Assembly: GCA_964016885.1 (NCBI GenBank)
Contig: OZ024744.1
Span: 67,704,001-67,768,000, forward strand
Length of the DNA: 64,000 nt
Origin: Eledone cirrhosa
Lineage: Eukaryota
Direction: 5' to 3'
Shown: positions 1-11,790 of the stretch, piece by piece
Numbering within the stretch: position 1 is the stretch's first letter
How the letters are laid out: each line of letters opens with the position of its first letter
The notes under the pieces: model-generated
Told to the model about the DNA's origin: nothing
Seen by the model: only the letters and a program-made list of their open reading frames with translations
Database searches by the model: none
Program-made: the position numbers and the translations under genes

Positions 1-867
1 TACATATAATTAAATAAACATATATAAATATACACACATAAATACGTATATAACGCGCGCACACACATACCTACATATAAATACACATATGTTCGTACAC
101 ATATACACACACGCTACATACGTACGAACCCGCGTACTCACACAGACGCAAAACTCACGTATACACATGACCAAATGCACATGTACCAGTATATATATAC
201 AACATAACATATACAAGCAAATATACATACGAGAAAGTATACGTACCTTCACAAAACATACAGGTAATATATACTTACCTATACAAATAAGTAATGGTAT
301 AAACATAAGATATACTTAGCTACCACATCAAGACGTAAAATATCCGCGTATAGTTCGTACTATCCGTTAGGCTATAATGTGGGGCTGTAATACAGGAAAT
401 AATGACGTACTATCTTCGTTTTTTTCCGTTCTTCGCCAGGGAACGTTCCCACGAATCCAAAGTATCGTCTTCTTGTCTTCCTTCGGTTGCAACGTTTTTT
501 GAAATATTTACTTCTGCGTTCACAGATTGACTTTTTTAGTTTCAGAAGATCCCGTTAAGGGTGAAAACAGCGATTTTTTGCTTAAACTTTAATCTGTTAT
601 TTTAATAAATATTTGCTCTACGGTTCTTATATATTTGATATATATTTATCCTTATCTTTGGATTTTAGTCTTCAAATTTATTATTATTACTTATTTATTA
701 TTATTACTATATATATACATATTGTTATGCTTTGGGAGGGTCATGTTGCCAATAAGAAACACACCAGTTGCTTTCACTCCAATTTATTATAAATTAAATT
801 CATAAATTTAAGAATTTATGAAATTTCCGGTTGGTTGGTTCCATAACCGGACGGTTGTTCATATATT

Positions 868-910
868 GTCAAAGTTCTTTCGTCACACATTCTGTGACCT
901 CTTCAGTGAC
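868..910 (-). ncRNA. Minimal type I hammerhead ribozyme motif
   Basis: Minus strand reads GTCA-CTGAAGA-G-GTCACA-GAATG-TGTGAC-GAAA-GAAC-TT-TGAC: stem I GTCA/TGAC, stem II GTCACA/TGTGAC (one extra G), minimal stem III, CUU site. Confidence 0.7.
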
Positions 911-1490
911 TGGGGATTCTTTTCTTTGTTTTGTGCCTCTCCTTTGTTCTGTCCTACGCCATCTTGTTTTTGTGTGTGTTGTGTGCATAGTTTGCGCATG
1001 TGTTACATCCGAGTGTCTTGCTAAACAAATTCAGAAACGAAATATATATATATATAAAACCGGCTGCTATTTTTAGCGGCACGAGTATGAGACGAATTAG
1101 GCGCTGTGACATGTGCATTCAACAACACATATTTCTCAGTCTTCTTAAGTATTTTGAAGTGAAAGGTACGGATTTCCCGGATACCCGCAGAAGAGCACAG
1201 GAATAGTGACTTTCACTTAATAATTGTTGCGAAACAAATTTAGAATTTGTCCGGGTTTGTTATTTTGTTATTTTTATTGATTTATTATTTTAAATCGAGA
1301 CAGGCTAACCATATTATTTTCAATTAGTATTTTTCAACCTAGTTAACTTGGTCATTGGCAATTCGAACATATGTATAATTGTATATGTGTTCATCCCTCA
1401 TATATTCATTTGTATTACACGGCTCGGAAATATTCCCTTCTTTGAGCTATTTAATTGTAAAAGACTATTTCGAGTTTATAACTCAATATA

Positions 1491-1546
<56 letters not shown>

Positions 1547-1547
1547 A

Positions 1548-1894
1548 TGATTATTACTGGAATTCTATAAGAATCCAGCTCCTATAATTTTCGGCGAAAG
1601 CAGGGGAGTACGGAGCTCTGATGAACGCCAACCAGCGTGAAACAGACTGTCAGATTCTCTCCCCTCTTTCGCCGAAAAGAAGTAAGTGAGTACTTTAAAA
1701 TTGATAGCGTATGGTCTTCTAAATGTTTTTAATTAAACATACGGTATATTACCAAATATACTATACATACATTCATGTATACATCGGTATTTCAGAGCAC
1801 CAATCCTAATACCTAATTTTTGCTGGACCGGCAATCGCTCTGTATAATCAGCTCCTGATTATTACTGGAATTCTATAAGAATCCAGCTTCTATA

Positions 1895-1898
<4 letters not shown>
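1548..1898 (+). mobile_element. Retrozyme-like HHR element, 308-bp monomer with ~43-bp terminal redundancy
   Basis: TGATTATTACTGGAATTCTATAAGAATCCAGCT(C/T)CTATAATTT occurs at 1548 and 1856; HHR inside; flanked by (TG)n/(TA)n; no ORF. Confidence 0.7.
1588..1678 (+). ncRNA. Type I hammerhead ribozyme with extended stem I
   Basis: CTGATGA 1618-1624, stem II ACGC/GCGT (loop CAACCA), GAAA 1639-1642, stem III CAG-A-CTG, GUC site ending 1651; stem I extended by TTTTCGGCGAAAG(C)AGGGGAG / CTCCCCTCTTTCGCCGAAAA. Confidence 0.85.
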
Positions 1899-1941
<43 letters not shown>

Positions 1942-1969
1942 TATATATTATATATATATACATATATAT

Positions 1970-2680
1970 GACGGTTGGAAGGCCACTGATGAAGGACTTA
2001 CTTTTTCATATGTAACCCATTTGCAACGCCGCAGCTCCATTATTATCATATTTACACATATATTTTTTCCTCTGCTGCCACCCGTCTGTTTCGTTCTTTG
2101 TATCTTTACCCTTTCTAGCAGTCTCTCTCTCTCTCTGTTAGCCTCTTCCTCAACTTTCACTCACTCATTCTCTGTTACCACCTCTCCTCCTCCTCTTTCT
2201 TCCCGTTTGACCTGTCCGAATTCTTTTCTCGCGCGTTCTTGGCCAAGCCGGTATGAATTTTTTTTCTCTCTCTCTCTCTCGTCTGCGACTTCACAGAACT
2301 TATGTTTACCGAATTTGCAGACCAGACCCCTTCTTCCTCCCGTTAGACCTGTGCGAAATTCCTTCCTTGCTCACATTTCAACCAGGTTTGATGGTCTTTA
2401 TTCTCTCGTTCACGATTTCACCGAATTTATATTCATAGAAATCTGGGACTTGTCTCTTTCTTCTCACTTTCTGTTGCTTAAACCATTTTGTTTGTTTACC
2501 CTAGCGTCCCCTTTATTTACGTGTCCCAACGACTTTTTTTAGCCGTTGCTCGCACCAACCTGAGGTATATGGCCTTTAAAGCGATGAAATGCCCACGACG
2601 GTTGGAAGGCCACTGATGAAGGTCTTACTTTTTCATATGTAACCTATTTGCAACGCTCCATTATTATCATATTTACATAT
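1970..2680 (+). mobile_element. Unclassified element with ~85-bp direct terminal repeats in (TA)n
   Basis: GACGGTTGGAAGGCCACTGATGAAGG...CATATTTACA occurs at 1970 and 2597 (offset 627); pyrimidine-rich interior; (TA)n on both sides. Confidence 0.5.
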
Positions 2681-2681
2681 A

Positions 2682-2730
<49 letters not shown>

Positions 2731-2737
<7 letters not shown>

Positions 2738-3127
2738 TGTAAGCTATCGCCGTATTTTGACTGAAGAAATTGAAGAAATTATTTAACCTGATAGTGGGGT
2801 TAAGAACCCTCGGAGAAATGGAAAAAGATGAGTATTGACGTACATGGGAGTCGAACCCACATCTTTGGTTATCCAGACCACTGTGCTACCATTTACACCA
2901 ACACATCACCCGTGTTGGTGTAAATGGTAGCACAGTGGTCTGGATAACCAAAGATGTGGGTTCGACTCCCATGTACGTCAATACTCATCTTTTTCCATTT
3001 CTCCGAGGGTTCTTAACCCCACTATCAAGTTAAATAATTTCTTCAATTTCTTCAGTCAAAATACGGCGATAGCTTACATTTCTAAAAATTTCAAACCCAC
3101 TCGCTGTTTCGAAAATATCCTTACTTG
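2731..3127. mobile_element. Fold-back palindromic element with tRNA-derived head
   Basis: 174-bp arms 2731-2904 and 2912-3085 (one mismatch seen, 7-nt spacer); tRNA-like 2909-2980 with A box TGGTGTAAATGG and B box GGTTCGACTCC; ~40-nt unpaired 3' tail; flanked by (TA)n. Confidence 0.75.
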
Positions 3128-3154
<27 letters not shown>

Positions 3155-3158
<4 letters not shown>

Positions 3159-4240
3159 AACTATGGGTACATGAAAGATGTAGTGGGATGACAGGTAAGC
3201 TATCTAAGAACATAGATTTTATATGTGACCTATGCTCAGGAGCAATAAGTAGCAAGTACCCACAGGATACTAGCTCCTTAGATGGTTCTATAGAAATAGT
3301 GAACACTTTCCGTTACCTGGGTGACAAAATCAGCAGTGGTGGAGGGTGCTCTGAAAGTATAGTTGCCAGAGTTAGAATGGGGTGGAAAAAGTTCAGAGAG
3401 CTTGTACCGCTGTTGGCCACAAAAGGTTTCTCTCTAAAAATGAAAGGCAGATTGTATGATGCCTGTATACGAACAGCAATGCTACATGGCAGTGAGACAT
3501 GGGCATTACGTGCAGAGAACCTGTGCTGACTGGAAAGGAATGAAGCTTGCATGCTCCGTTGGATGTGTCATAGTAATATACATGAACGGCAAAGCATAAA
3601 TGAACTAAGTGAGAAATTAGGAATAAGAGGGATCAGATGCTGTTTACTCGAGAGAAGATTACGTTGGTATGGTCACGTGATGCGCATGAAAGACGACAGC
3701 TGTAGTAAATAGTGCAGGGCGATCAAAATTGAAAAACCTGGGACAACTTGATCAAATCCGACTTTACACACTTACACCTCTCTAAGACAATGTCACTGGA
3801 CCGAGATCTATGGCACCACGCAGTAATACAGAAGACCCGCCTTGCCTATGTACAAAGCGAAACCTACAGTTAGTAAGCACCTCTTAACCAAATATACACC
3901 CCAACCCACTACCCCTACTCCATCCTCTCACTCCCGCCAACACCACCCTTTCTCTATAAAGTTATGTTGGTACCACAGAACATCCAGTCCAAACTAATGA
4001 GATCGTGTAGGTGTCATGACAAAAAAACACACAGTTCACGCTGTAATGTGGTCGTGTAGGCAACACTTTAAAAAACTCTCAGTCCACACTGTAGATGTGG
4101 TTGGTGTTAGGAAGGGCATCCAAACATAGAAAACCTCCCAGATATTCCTATACGAGCGAGATTCTGTCACCCGACCAATCTTGCCTCAAATGGGACAATT
4201 CCCGTCTAACCCATGCTAGCGTGGAAGATAGACATTAAAC

Positions 4241-4273
<33 letters not shown>
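3155..4273 (+). mobile_element. RTE-clade LINE, 5'-truncated, degenerate
   Basis: ORF FRYLG...ARVRMGWKKFRE...MLHGSETW, further RRLRWYGHVMRM; 3' UTR ending (GAT)n; premature stops. Confidence 0.9.
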
Positions 4274-4274
<1 letters not shown>

Positions 4275-4289
4275 CATATATATATATAC

Positions 4290-4392
4290 ATAAGTAGAAT
4301 GGATATTTAATTTGTTGGAAAATCAACAAATATAAATGTTAATAACTGATTCAGAGCACTCGGCAGACTTCTGGAGTAAATATTCAATGATA
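4290..4392 (-). mobile_element. Fragment of the HHR family found at 15941-16380 (3' tail only)
   Basis: Homologous to 15941-16048 (CAACAAATATAAATGTT..TAACTGATTCAGAGCACTC). Confidence 0.6.
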
Positions 4393-4394
4393 AG

Positions 4395-6880
4395 CATGTG
4401 TGCACGGCCTTCCAGCAGCATTTTGCTCAACTGTTCGGGCAAAGCGCTACATCGAGTGAGGTGATGGACTTCAGCTCCTACCCCGACGGCGTACCACGAC
4501 TCTCGAGCACGGATGCAGAGAGCTGCGAAAGGCCGAACACAGCGGGCGAAATAGAAGATGCTCTAGGCCGCTGCGTGAAACGCAAATCACCGGGTTTAGA
4601 TGGTCTACCCTATGAGTTTTACATAGGCATGCCAGACTTGTTCTCTGGTGTCCTCGAACCGGTCTACTGCAACTGGCAGCAGAACGGGAGGATTCCCAGT
4701 TCTGTAGGCAGAAGCGTAGTAACGCTGATCAGGAAAGATGAGAATAAGGGCAATTTCAGGCCCATAACTCTGCTCAACACAGAGTTAAAGATTTTGGCCA
4801 AGGTGTCAGCAGTGAGGCTGGCGCTTGTCGTCGAGAACCTGGTAGGGGAAGCGCAAACATGTGCAATCCTGACCAGGTCCATACACGACAACCTCCACCT
4901 CATTCGATACATCATAGAGAGGGTAGGGTGTAAACCTGGCTTTGGTGGGGCTCTGATCAATTTAGATGAGTCTAAGGCATTTGATAGGGTCGACCATCAA
5001 TACTTGGAAGCAGTTCTCAAGGCGGCCAGCTTCGGTCCCGTCTTCAGAGGCTGGATCGCTGCCATGCACACCAGCATCTGCTCAGCAGTCAAGGTGAATG
5101 GCTAGCTATCAGAGCCATTCCAAATCATGCGTTCCATCCGTCAGGGATGCCCTCTCTCCTCCATTCTGTATGTACTGACTCTAGAGCCGTTACTGCGGAA
5201 GTTGGAGCTGTTGCAGGGCATCCTGATCGAACCAGGACTGCGGAAAGCAGCGTCGGTCTATGCCGATGACGTAACCGTAATGGTATCGGAAACCTCGAAA
5301 ATTGGGGTAATCGGCAACCTATTACAGGAATACGAAACGTTGTCAGGAGCAAGACTAAACCCAAACAAGTATGTCAGTTTGCAACTCGGCACATGGAGAG
5401 GCAAACCCATGCCTTCCGACAGTGTCGTTGGACGCTGGACGGAAGGACCCGTGAAATTGCTCGGAGTCTGGTTTGGTCCAGACCTCCTGGTGGACAAGAA
5501 CTGGAACGAGGTCATGGTGAAGGTGTTTGCACTCACCCAGAAGTGGGCTGAATGCAAACTTCCTTGAAAGGTCGAGCAGAGGTGGCGAGCACTTACATAG
5601 CGTCCGTCATCTACTACCATTTGACAGTCGTTCCTTGCCACTGCGAATACCTTACCAAAATGGAACACCTACTCTTCAAGTTCCTCTGGAAGAAACAGGC
5701 TCCATTGGTGAGGAGATCCATCTGCTGTCAACACCCTTCTAACGGAGGGCTGGGCATGTCGTGGCTGATGATGCGCAAACACGCGCTGAGGCTACGCCAT
5801 CTCCAGGTATTCCTGACCGGTGAACCGGTGTGGCTGTCGTTTGAGAGACAAGCTCTTCCACAACTCGTCTCACTAACAGAGCTGCAGCTCTGGGTCAAGC
5901 GAAGACCAAAAATGGGTGCCTGGCACCTCGAGTGCCTACAGGCACTCACAGCCCTCTACCAAGCGAAAACGGCAATCAGCGGAGACTCCCCTTCGACATT
6001 CTATAGGGCATTAGTGGAGGATAAGTGCGACGACGTTCTCGGGGAAACTCTAGGCATCTAGGAGGACGAACTGACCAGTCTGTTCGGGAGGAATTTCCGT
6101 CCAGGGCCTATGGATAACTTCAAGAGGTCTCTGGCCTGGAAGTGCTACCGAGGAGCTCTACCAGTTCGAGACAAAATCTACGGACGCCCTGGCAGAGATC
6201 CTGCCAAAAGGACCTGTCCAAGATGTGAGCAGGACATCGAAGTCGTTCTGCACGCAATTGTTCAGTGCCTAGGTGTGACCGACCTGTGGAATTATGTCGA
6301 ACAGCTACTGTCGCGTGTGGGACGCATCCAGTTGTAAGCCGAGTCCATCATGAGGATCACCCCGCCGCCTTCATTTAAGAACGAAGGAGAGGCGGTTTTC
6401 CTCTGCCTGGTGGCTATGGCGAAAGAGGTAATATGGTGGACGAGGTTAAAAGCACTGAGGGCAAACACCTTTCTCTCAGGACAACAAACTTATCCCCTTC
6501 TTTAAGTACCGCTTCAGAAGGAAGGTGAGAGTGGAGAGAGAGGTGCTACACCCAGTAAATTCTCTGAAAGGTGGGTGAATGTGGCGAAAATGGCCCAAGT
6601 GAATGGGCCTTCTCTGTATATAAACCTGTAGGTTGAGGAAGATAAACAGAGGGCAGACAGGAAGACCTACAAAACGTGTTCCTGGTGTTGAGGGTTGTTC
6701 TATTCACGGGGCGTAAAACAACCCCGCAGTAACGTTCCCCCCTATTGGGGATTTCAATTGTTATTTTATTATATATAGTTTATTGTTATTTATTAATGTT
6801 AAAGTTATTTTTATGTAAAACCCCCGCCGTCACGTATTGTAATGTCCCATTTTTGTATGCCCCTGTGGCAAATAAAGAAA
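4395..6880 (+). mobile_element. L1/Tx1-clade LINE ORF2 fragment (RT + C-terminal zinc finger), 5'-truncated, disrupted
   Basis: KSPGLDGLP, NFRPITLLNTELKILAK, LDESKAFDRVDH, RQGCPLS, YADD, GGLG, CPRC...HAIVQC; in-frame stops and a frameshift; AATAAA at ~6871 followed by (TATC)n. Confidence 0.9.
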
Positions 6881-6945
6881 GATATCTATCTATCTACCTA
6901 TCCGTCTATCTATCTATCTATATATCTATCTATCTATCTATCTAT

Positions 6946-7405
6946 CTCGAGTGCGTTCAGGCGCTCACAGCCCTCTACCAAGCAGAAACGGCAATCAGTG
7001 GAGACTCCATGTCAACAATCTCTATGGGATTAGTGGAGGATAAGAGTGACAGACCTGTGGAATTGTGTCGAACAGCTACTGTCGCGTGTGGGACACATCC
7101 GGTTGTCAGCCAAGTCCATCGTGATTATCACTCCACTGCCTTCATTTAAGACTGAAGGAAAGGCGGTCTTCCTTTATCTGGTGGCTGTGGCAAAAGAAGT
7201 TGAAAGGACTGAGAACAAACACTTTCCTCTCCGGACAGCTCACCACCTTGCTGAAAGGTGGATGAATGGGTCTTCTCTGTATATAAACCTGTAGGTTGAG
7301 GAAGATAAACAGAGGGAAGACAGGAACACCTACAAAACTACAAAACGTGCTCCTGGTGTTGAGGGGGTGTAAAACAACCCTGCAGTAACGTAAAACAACC
7401 CTCCA
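6946..7405 (+). mobile_element. Internally deleted second copy of the L1/Tx1 3' region
   Basis: Collinear blocks matching ~5927-6030, ~6275-6430, ~6445-6485 and ~6565-6735, with intervening deletions. Confidence 0.8.
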
Positions 7406-7415
7406 GTCTCTCTCT

Positions 7416-7484
<69 letters not shown>

Positions 7485-8024
7485 ATTTTTTTTTTGCTAT
7501 ACATATTGCCCTACCTGCTAACCTGCATGATAGTGGTGTTGTTGGTGGTGGTGGTGGTGTTGGTGGTGGTAGTGGTGGGGTGGTGGTGGTGGTGGTGGTG
7601 GTAGTGGTGGTGTAGTTGGTGTGGTGGGGAGGAAGGTCGTTGCTGTTGCTGGTGTTGTTTGTTTTATTATCCATTCACCTACACGTCGCCCCCACTCACT
7701 CCCCCCACCCAACACACACACATGCACTCACCCAACCACTCAGCCTCACACACACGCACCGCTCACGCACCTACACCCATACCCACGCACTCACCCACTA
7801 ATCCACTCACCTACCCACTCACCCACACATCCATCCACCAGCTCCCCCACACAGCCCAGGCAACTCTGATCAAGTATAGCTATCATGAAAGACAGTACAG
7901 CTGTGAACCTTCCAACCTATTAGAGGAAGAAATGGTCATATTATTCCATGCTTTCTTGATATAGTGTAATAAAAGCCATCCAAGAATATATTGTTCAAGT
8001 GCTGTGGTAAATAGATATATACAT

Positions 8025-11000
8025 TTACAAAAATTGATCACCCACCCCACACTATACAGTTGTAATGTAGGTGTCATGACAAAAGTGATCACCCACCCCA
8101 CATTATAGTTGTCATGTAGGTGTCATGACAAAGTGATCACCCAGTCCACACTATAGTTGTCATGTAGGTGTCATGACAAAAGTGATCACATAGTCCACAC
8201 TATATAGTTGTCATGTAGGTGTCATGACAACAGTGAACACCCAGTCCACACTACACAGTTGTCATGTAGGTGTCATGTCAAAAGTGATCAACCAGTCCCA
8301 CTATATAGTTGTCATGTAGGTGTCATGACAAAGTGATCACCCAGTCCACATTATAGTTGTCATGTAGGTGTCATGTCAAAAGTGATCAACCAGTCCACAC
8401 TACATAGTTGTCATGTAGGTGTCATGACAAAAGTGATCAACCAGTCCCACTATATAGTTGTCATGTAGGTGTCATGTCAAAAGTGATCAACCAGTCCCAC
8501 TATATAGTTGTCATGTAGGTGTCATGACAAAAGTGATCAACCAGTCCCACTATATAGTTGTCATGTAGGTGTCATGTCAAAAGTGATCAACCAGTCCCAC
8601 TATATAGTTGTCATGTAGGTGTCATGACAAAAGTGATCAACCAGTCCCACTATATAGTTGTCATGTAGGTGTCATGACAAAAGTGATCAACCAGTCCCAC
8701 TATATAGTTGTCATGTAGGTGTCATGTCAAAAGTGATCAACCAGTCCCACTATATAGTTGTCATGTAGGTGTCATGTCAAAAGTGATCAACCAGTCCCAC
8801 TATATAGTTGTCATGTAGGTGTCATGACAAAAGTGATCAACCAGTCCCACTATATAGTTGTCATGTAGGTGTCATGTCAAAAGTGATCAACCAGTCCCAC
8901 TATATAGTTGTCATGTAGGTGTCATGTCAAAAGTGATCAAGCAGTCCCACTATATAGTTGTCATGTAGGTGTCATGACAAAAGTGATCAACCAGTCCCAC
9001 TATATAGTTGTCATGTAGGTGTCATGTCAAAAGTGATCAACCAGTCCCACTATATAGTTGTCATGTAGGTGTCATGTCAAAAGTGATCAACCAGTCCCAC
9101 TATATAGTGGTCATGTAGGTGTCATGTCAAAAGTGATCAACCAGTCCCACTATATAGTGGTCATGTAGGTGTCATGTCAAAAGTGATCAACAGGTCCCAC
9201 TATATCGTGGTCATGTAGGTGTCATGTCAAAAGTGACCAACCAGTCCCACTATATAGTTGTCATGTAGGTGTCATGTCAAAAGTGATCAACCAGTCCCAC
9301 TATATAGTTGTCATGTAGGTGTCATGTCAAAAGTGATCACACAATCCCCGTGTCATGACGAAAGAGATAACCCAGTCCACACTATATTGGTCATGTAGGT
9401 GTCATGACAATAGTGAACACCCACCCCACACTATAAAGTTGTCATGTAGGTGCCATGACAAAAGTGATCACCCAATCCGCACTATATAGGGGTCATGTAG
9501 GTGTCATGTCCAAAGTGATCACCCACCCCACACTATATAGTTGTCATGTAGGTGTCGTGACGAATGTAATCACCCAGTCCACACTATATAAATGTCAAGT
9601 AGGTGTCATGTCAAAAGTGATCACCCAGTCCTCACTATATAGTGGTCATGTAGGTGTCATGACAAAAGAGATCACCCAGTACACACTATAGTTGTCATGT
9701 AGGTGTCATGACAAAAGGAAACACCCAGACCACACTATAGTTGACATGTAGGCGTCATGACACAAGTGATCACCCAGTCCACACTCTAGTGGTCATGTAG
9801 GTGTCATGACAAAAGTGATCACCCCCCCCCCCATTCACACACTATAGTGGTCATGTAGGTGTCTCGACAAAAGTGATCACCCACCCCACAATATATTTGT
9901 CATGTATGTGTCATGACAGAAGTGATTACCCAGTCCACACTATAAAGTTGACATGTAGGTGTCATGACAAAAGTGATCACCCAGGCCACACACTATAGTT
10001 GTCATGTATGTGTCATGACAGAAGTGATCACCCACCCCACCCGATAGTGGTCATGTAGATGTCATGACAAAAGTGATCACCCAGTCCACACTAGACTGGT
10101 CATGTAGGTGTCATGACAAAGTGATCACGCAGTCTACACTATATAGTTGTCATGTAGGTGTCATGACAAAAGTGATCACCCAGTCCACACTATAAAGTTG
10201 TCATGTAGGTGTCATGACAAAAGGGATCACCCAGTCCACATTATATAGTGGTCATGTAGGTATCATGACAAAAGTCATCACCCAGTCTACACTATATAGT
10301 TGTAATGTAGGTGTCATGACAAATATGATCAGCCACCCCACACTATAAAGTTGTCATGTAGGTGTCATGACAAAGGTGATCACCCAGCCCACACTATAAA
10401 GTTGTCATCATGTAGGTGTCATGACAGAAGTGATCACCGACCCCACACTAGAAAGTTGTCATGTAAGTGTCATGATGAAAGGGATCACATAGTCCACACT
10501 ATAGTTGTCATGTAGGTATCATGACAAAAGTGATCACCCAGACCACACTATATAGTTGTCATGTAGGTGTCATGACAATAGTGATCACCCAGTCCACACG
10601 CTATAGTTGTTATGTAGGTGTCATGACAAAAGTGATCACACAGTCCACACTATAGTGGTCACGTAGGTGTCATGACAAATGTGATCACCCAGTCCACACT
10701 ATATTGTTGTCATGTAGGTGTCATGACAAAAGTGATCACCCACCCAACACTATATAGTTGTCATGTAGGTGTCATGACAAAAGTGATCACCCACCCAACA
10801 CTATATAGTTGTCATGTAGGTGTCATGACAAAAGTGATCACCCACCCAACACTATATAGTTGTCATGTAGATGTCGATACAAAAGTGATCACCCAGTCCA
10901 CACTATAGTTGTCATGTAGGTGTCATGACAAAAGTGATCACCCAGTCCCCACTAGAGTTGTCATGTAGGTGTCATGACAAAAGTGATCACCCAGTCCACA

Positions 11001-11300
11001 CTCTAGTGGTCATGTAGGTGTCATGACAAAAGTGATCACCCAGTCCCCACTAGAGTTGTCATGTAGGTGTCATGACAAAAGTGATCACCCAGTCCACACT
11101 CTAGTGGTCATGTAGGTGTCATGACAAAAGTGATCACCCAGTCCACACTCTAGTGGTCATGTAGGTGTCATGACAAAAGTGATCACCCAGTCCCCACTAG
11201 AGTTGTCATGTAGGTGTCATGACAAAAGTGATCACCCAGTCCACACTCTAGTGGTCATGTAGGTGTCATGACAAAAGTGATGACCCAGTCCACACCGTAA
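8025..11300 (+). repeat. 49-51-bp tandem satellite (TGTCATGTAGGTGTCATGACAAAAGTGATCACCCAGTCCACACTATATAGT)
   Basis: Period of 50 bp at 8400-9330, 49-51 bp elsewhere; unit resembles the RTE 3' UTR subrepeat. Confidence 0.95.
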
Positions 11301-11500
11301 AGTGGTTGTGCAGGCAAAAAGACGCGACAAAAAGCCCTCAGCACACACTGTAAATGTGGTCGGCATTAGGATTGGCCTTCCGCCATAGAAACCAAGCCCA
11401 AATCAATTCTGGATGAGTGATACATGGTCCCCTTACAAAGCGACAACCCATCCTACCCATGCTAGCACGGAAGATCGACTTTAATCGATGTTGATGATGA
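11290..11500 (+). mobile_element. RTE-type LINE/SINE 3' end continuous with the satellite
   Basis: ACACTGTAAATGTGGTCGGCATTAGGA...ACCCATGCTAGCACGGAAGA...GATGATGA, matching the RTE 3' ends at 4080-4273 and 17740-17923. Confidence 0.75.
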
Positions 11501-11619
11501 TATACACCAGGTCCAAACACAAAGGAACCAAACTCCCACTGTCACTGCCTCCATCTCTCTCGCTCTCCCCATCTCTCGTTATCATGAGCATATGGAGCCC
11601 CATATGCTAGCTGCCACGC

Positions 11620-11790
11620 GGCCTCGGTGGACAGAATAGAGTTGGCGTTTCCCTGGAGGGTGGTAAGGGAGATGAGCTGGAAGAGTCATTCCATCTTGCG
11701 AATCTCACAATTATAGGCAGTCAACTCTGTGCTGATGGTGGTGAGTAGGGAGTGGTCCTAGGACCAAGGACACCAGAAAGTCTCCACTGC
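11620..11790 (-). mobile_element. Degenerate CRE-like (RLE-type) non-LTR retrotransposon C-terminal fragment
   Basis: Manual translation AVETFWCPWS*DHSLLTTISTELTAYNCEIRKME*LFQLISLTTLQGNANSILST resembles the AVET...LFQRISxxxxRGNAxSILxT C-terminus of CRE-clade proteins. Confidence 0.45.

Noticed and set aside
540-605. Hammerhead CAGAAGA-TCCCGTTAAGGGT-GAAA-ACAG...CTGT-TA
   Set aside because: Core U4 is mutated and stem I does not pair; noted only as degenerate.
2757-2790. CTGAAGA...GAAA in the tRNA-headed palindrome as a hammerhead
   Set aside because: No stem II or stem I pairing can be drawn.
2909-2980. Functional tRNA gene (GGA anticodon)
   Set aside because: The 5' acceptor strand is incomplete at the palindrome axis and there is no long variable arm as expected for tRNA-Ser; treated as a tRNA-derived element head.
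8025-11300. 17-aa repeat proteins (ORFs at 9455 and 10672)
   Set aside because: Incidental open frames in 51-bp units; neighbouring 49- and 50-bp units break the frame.
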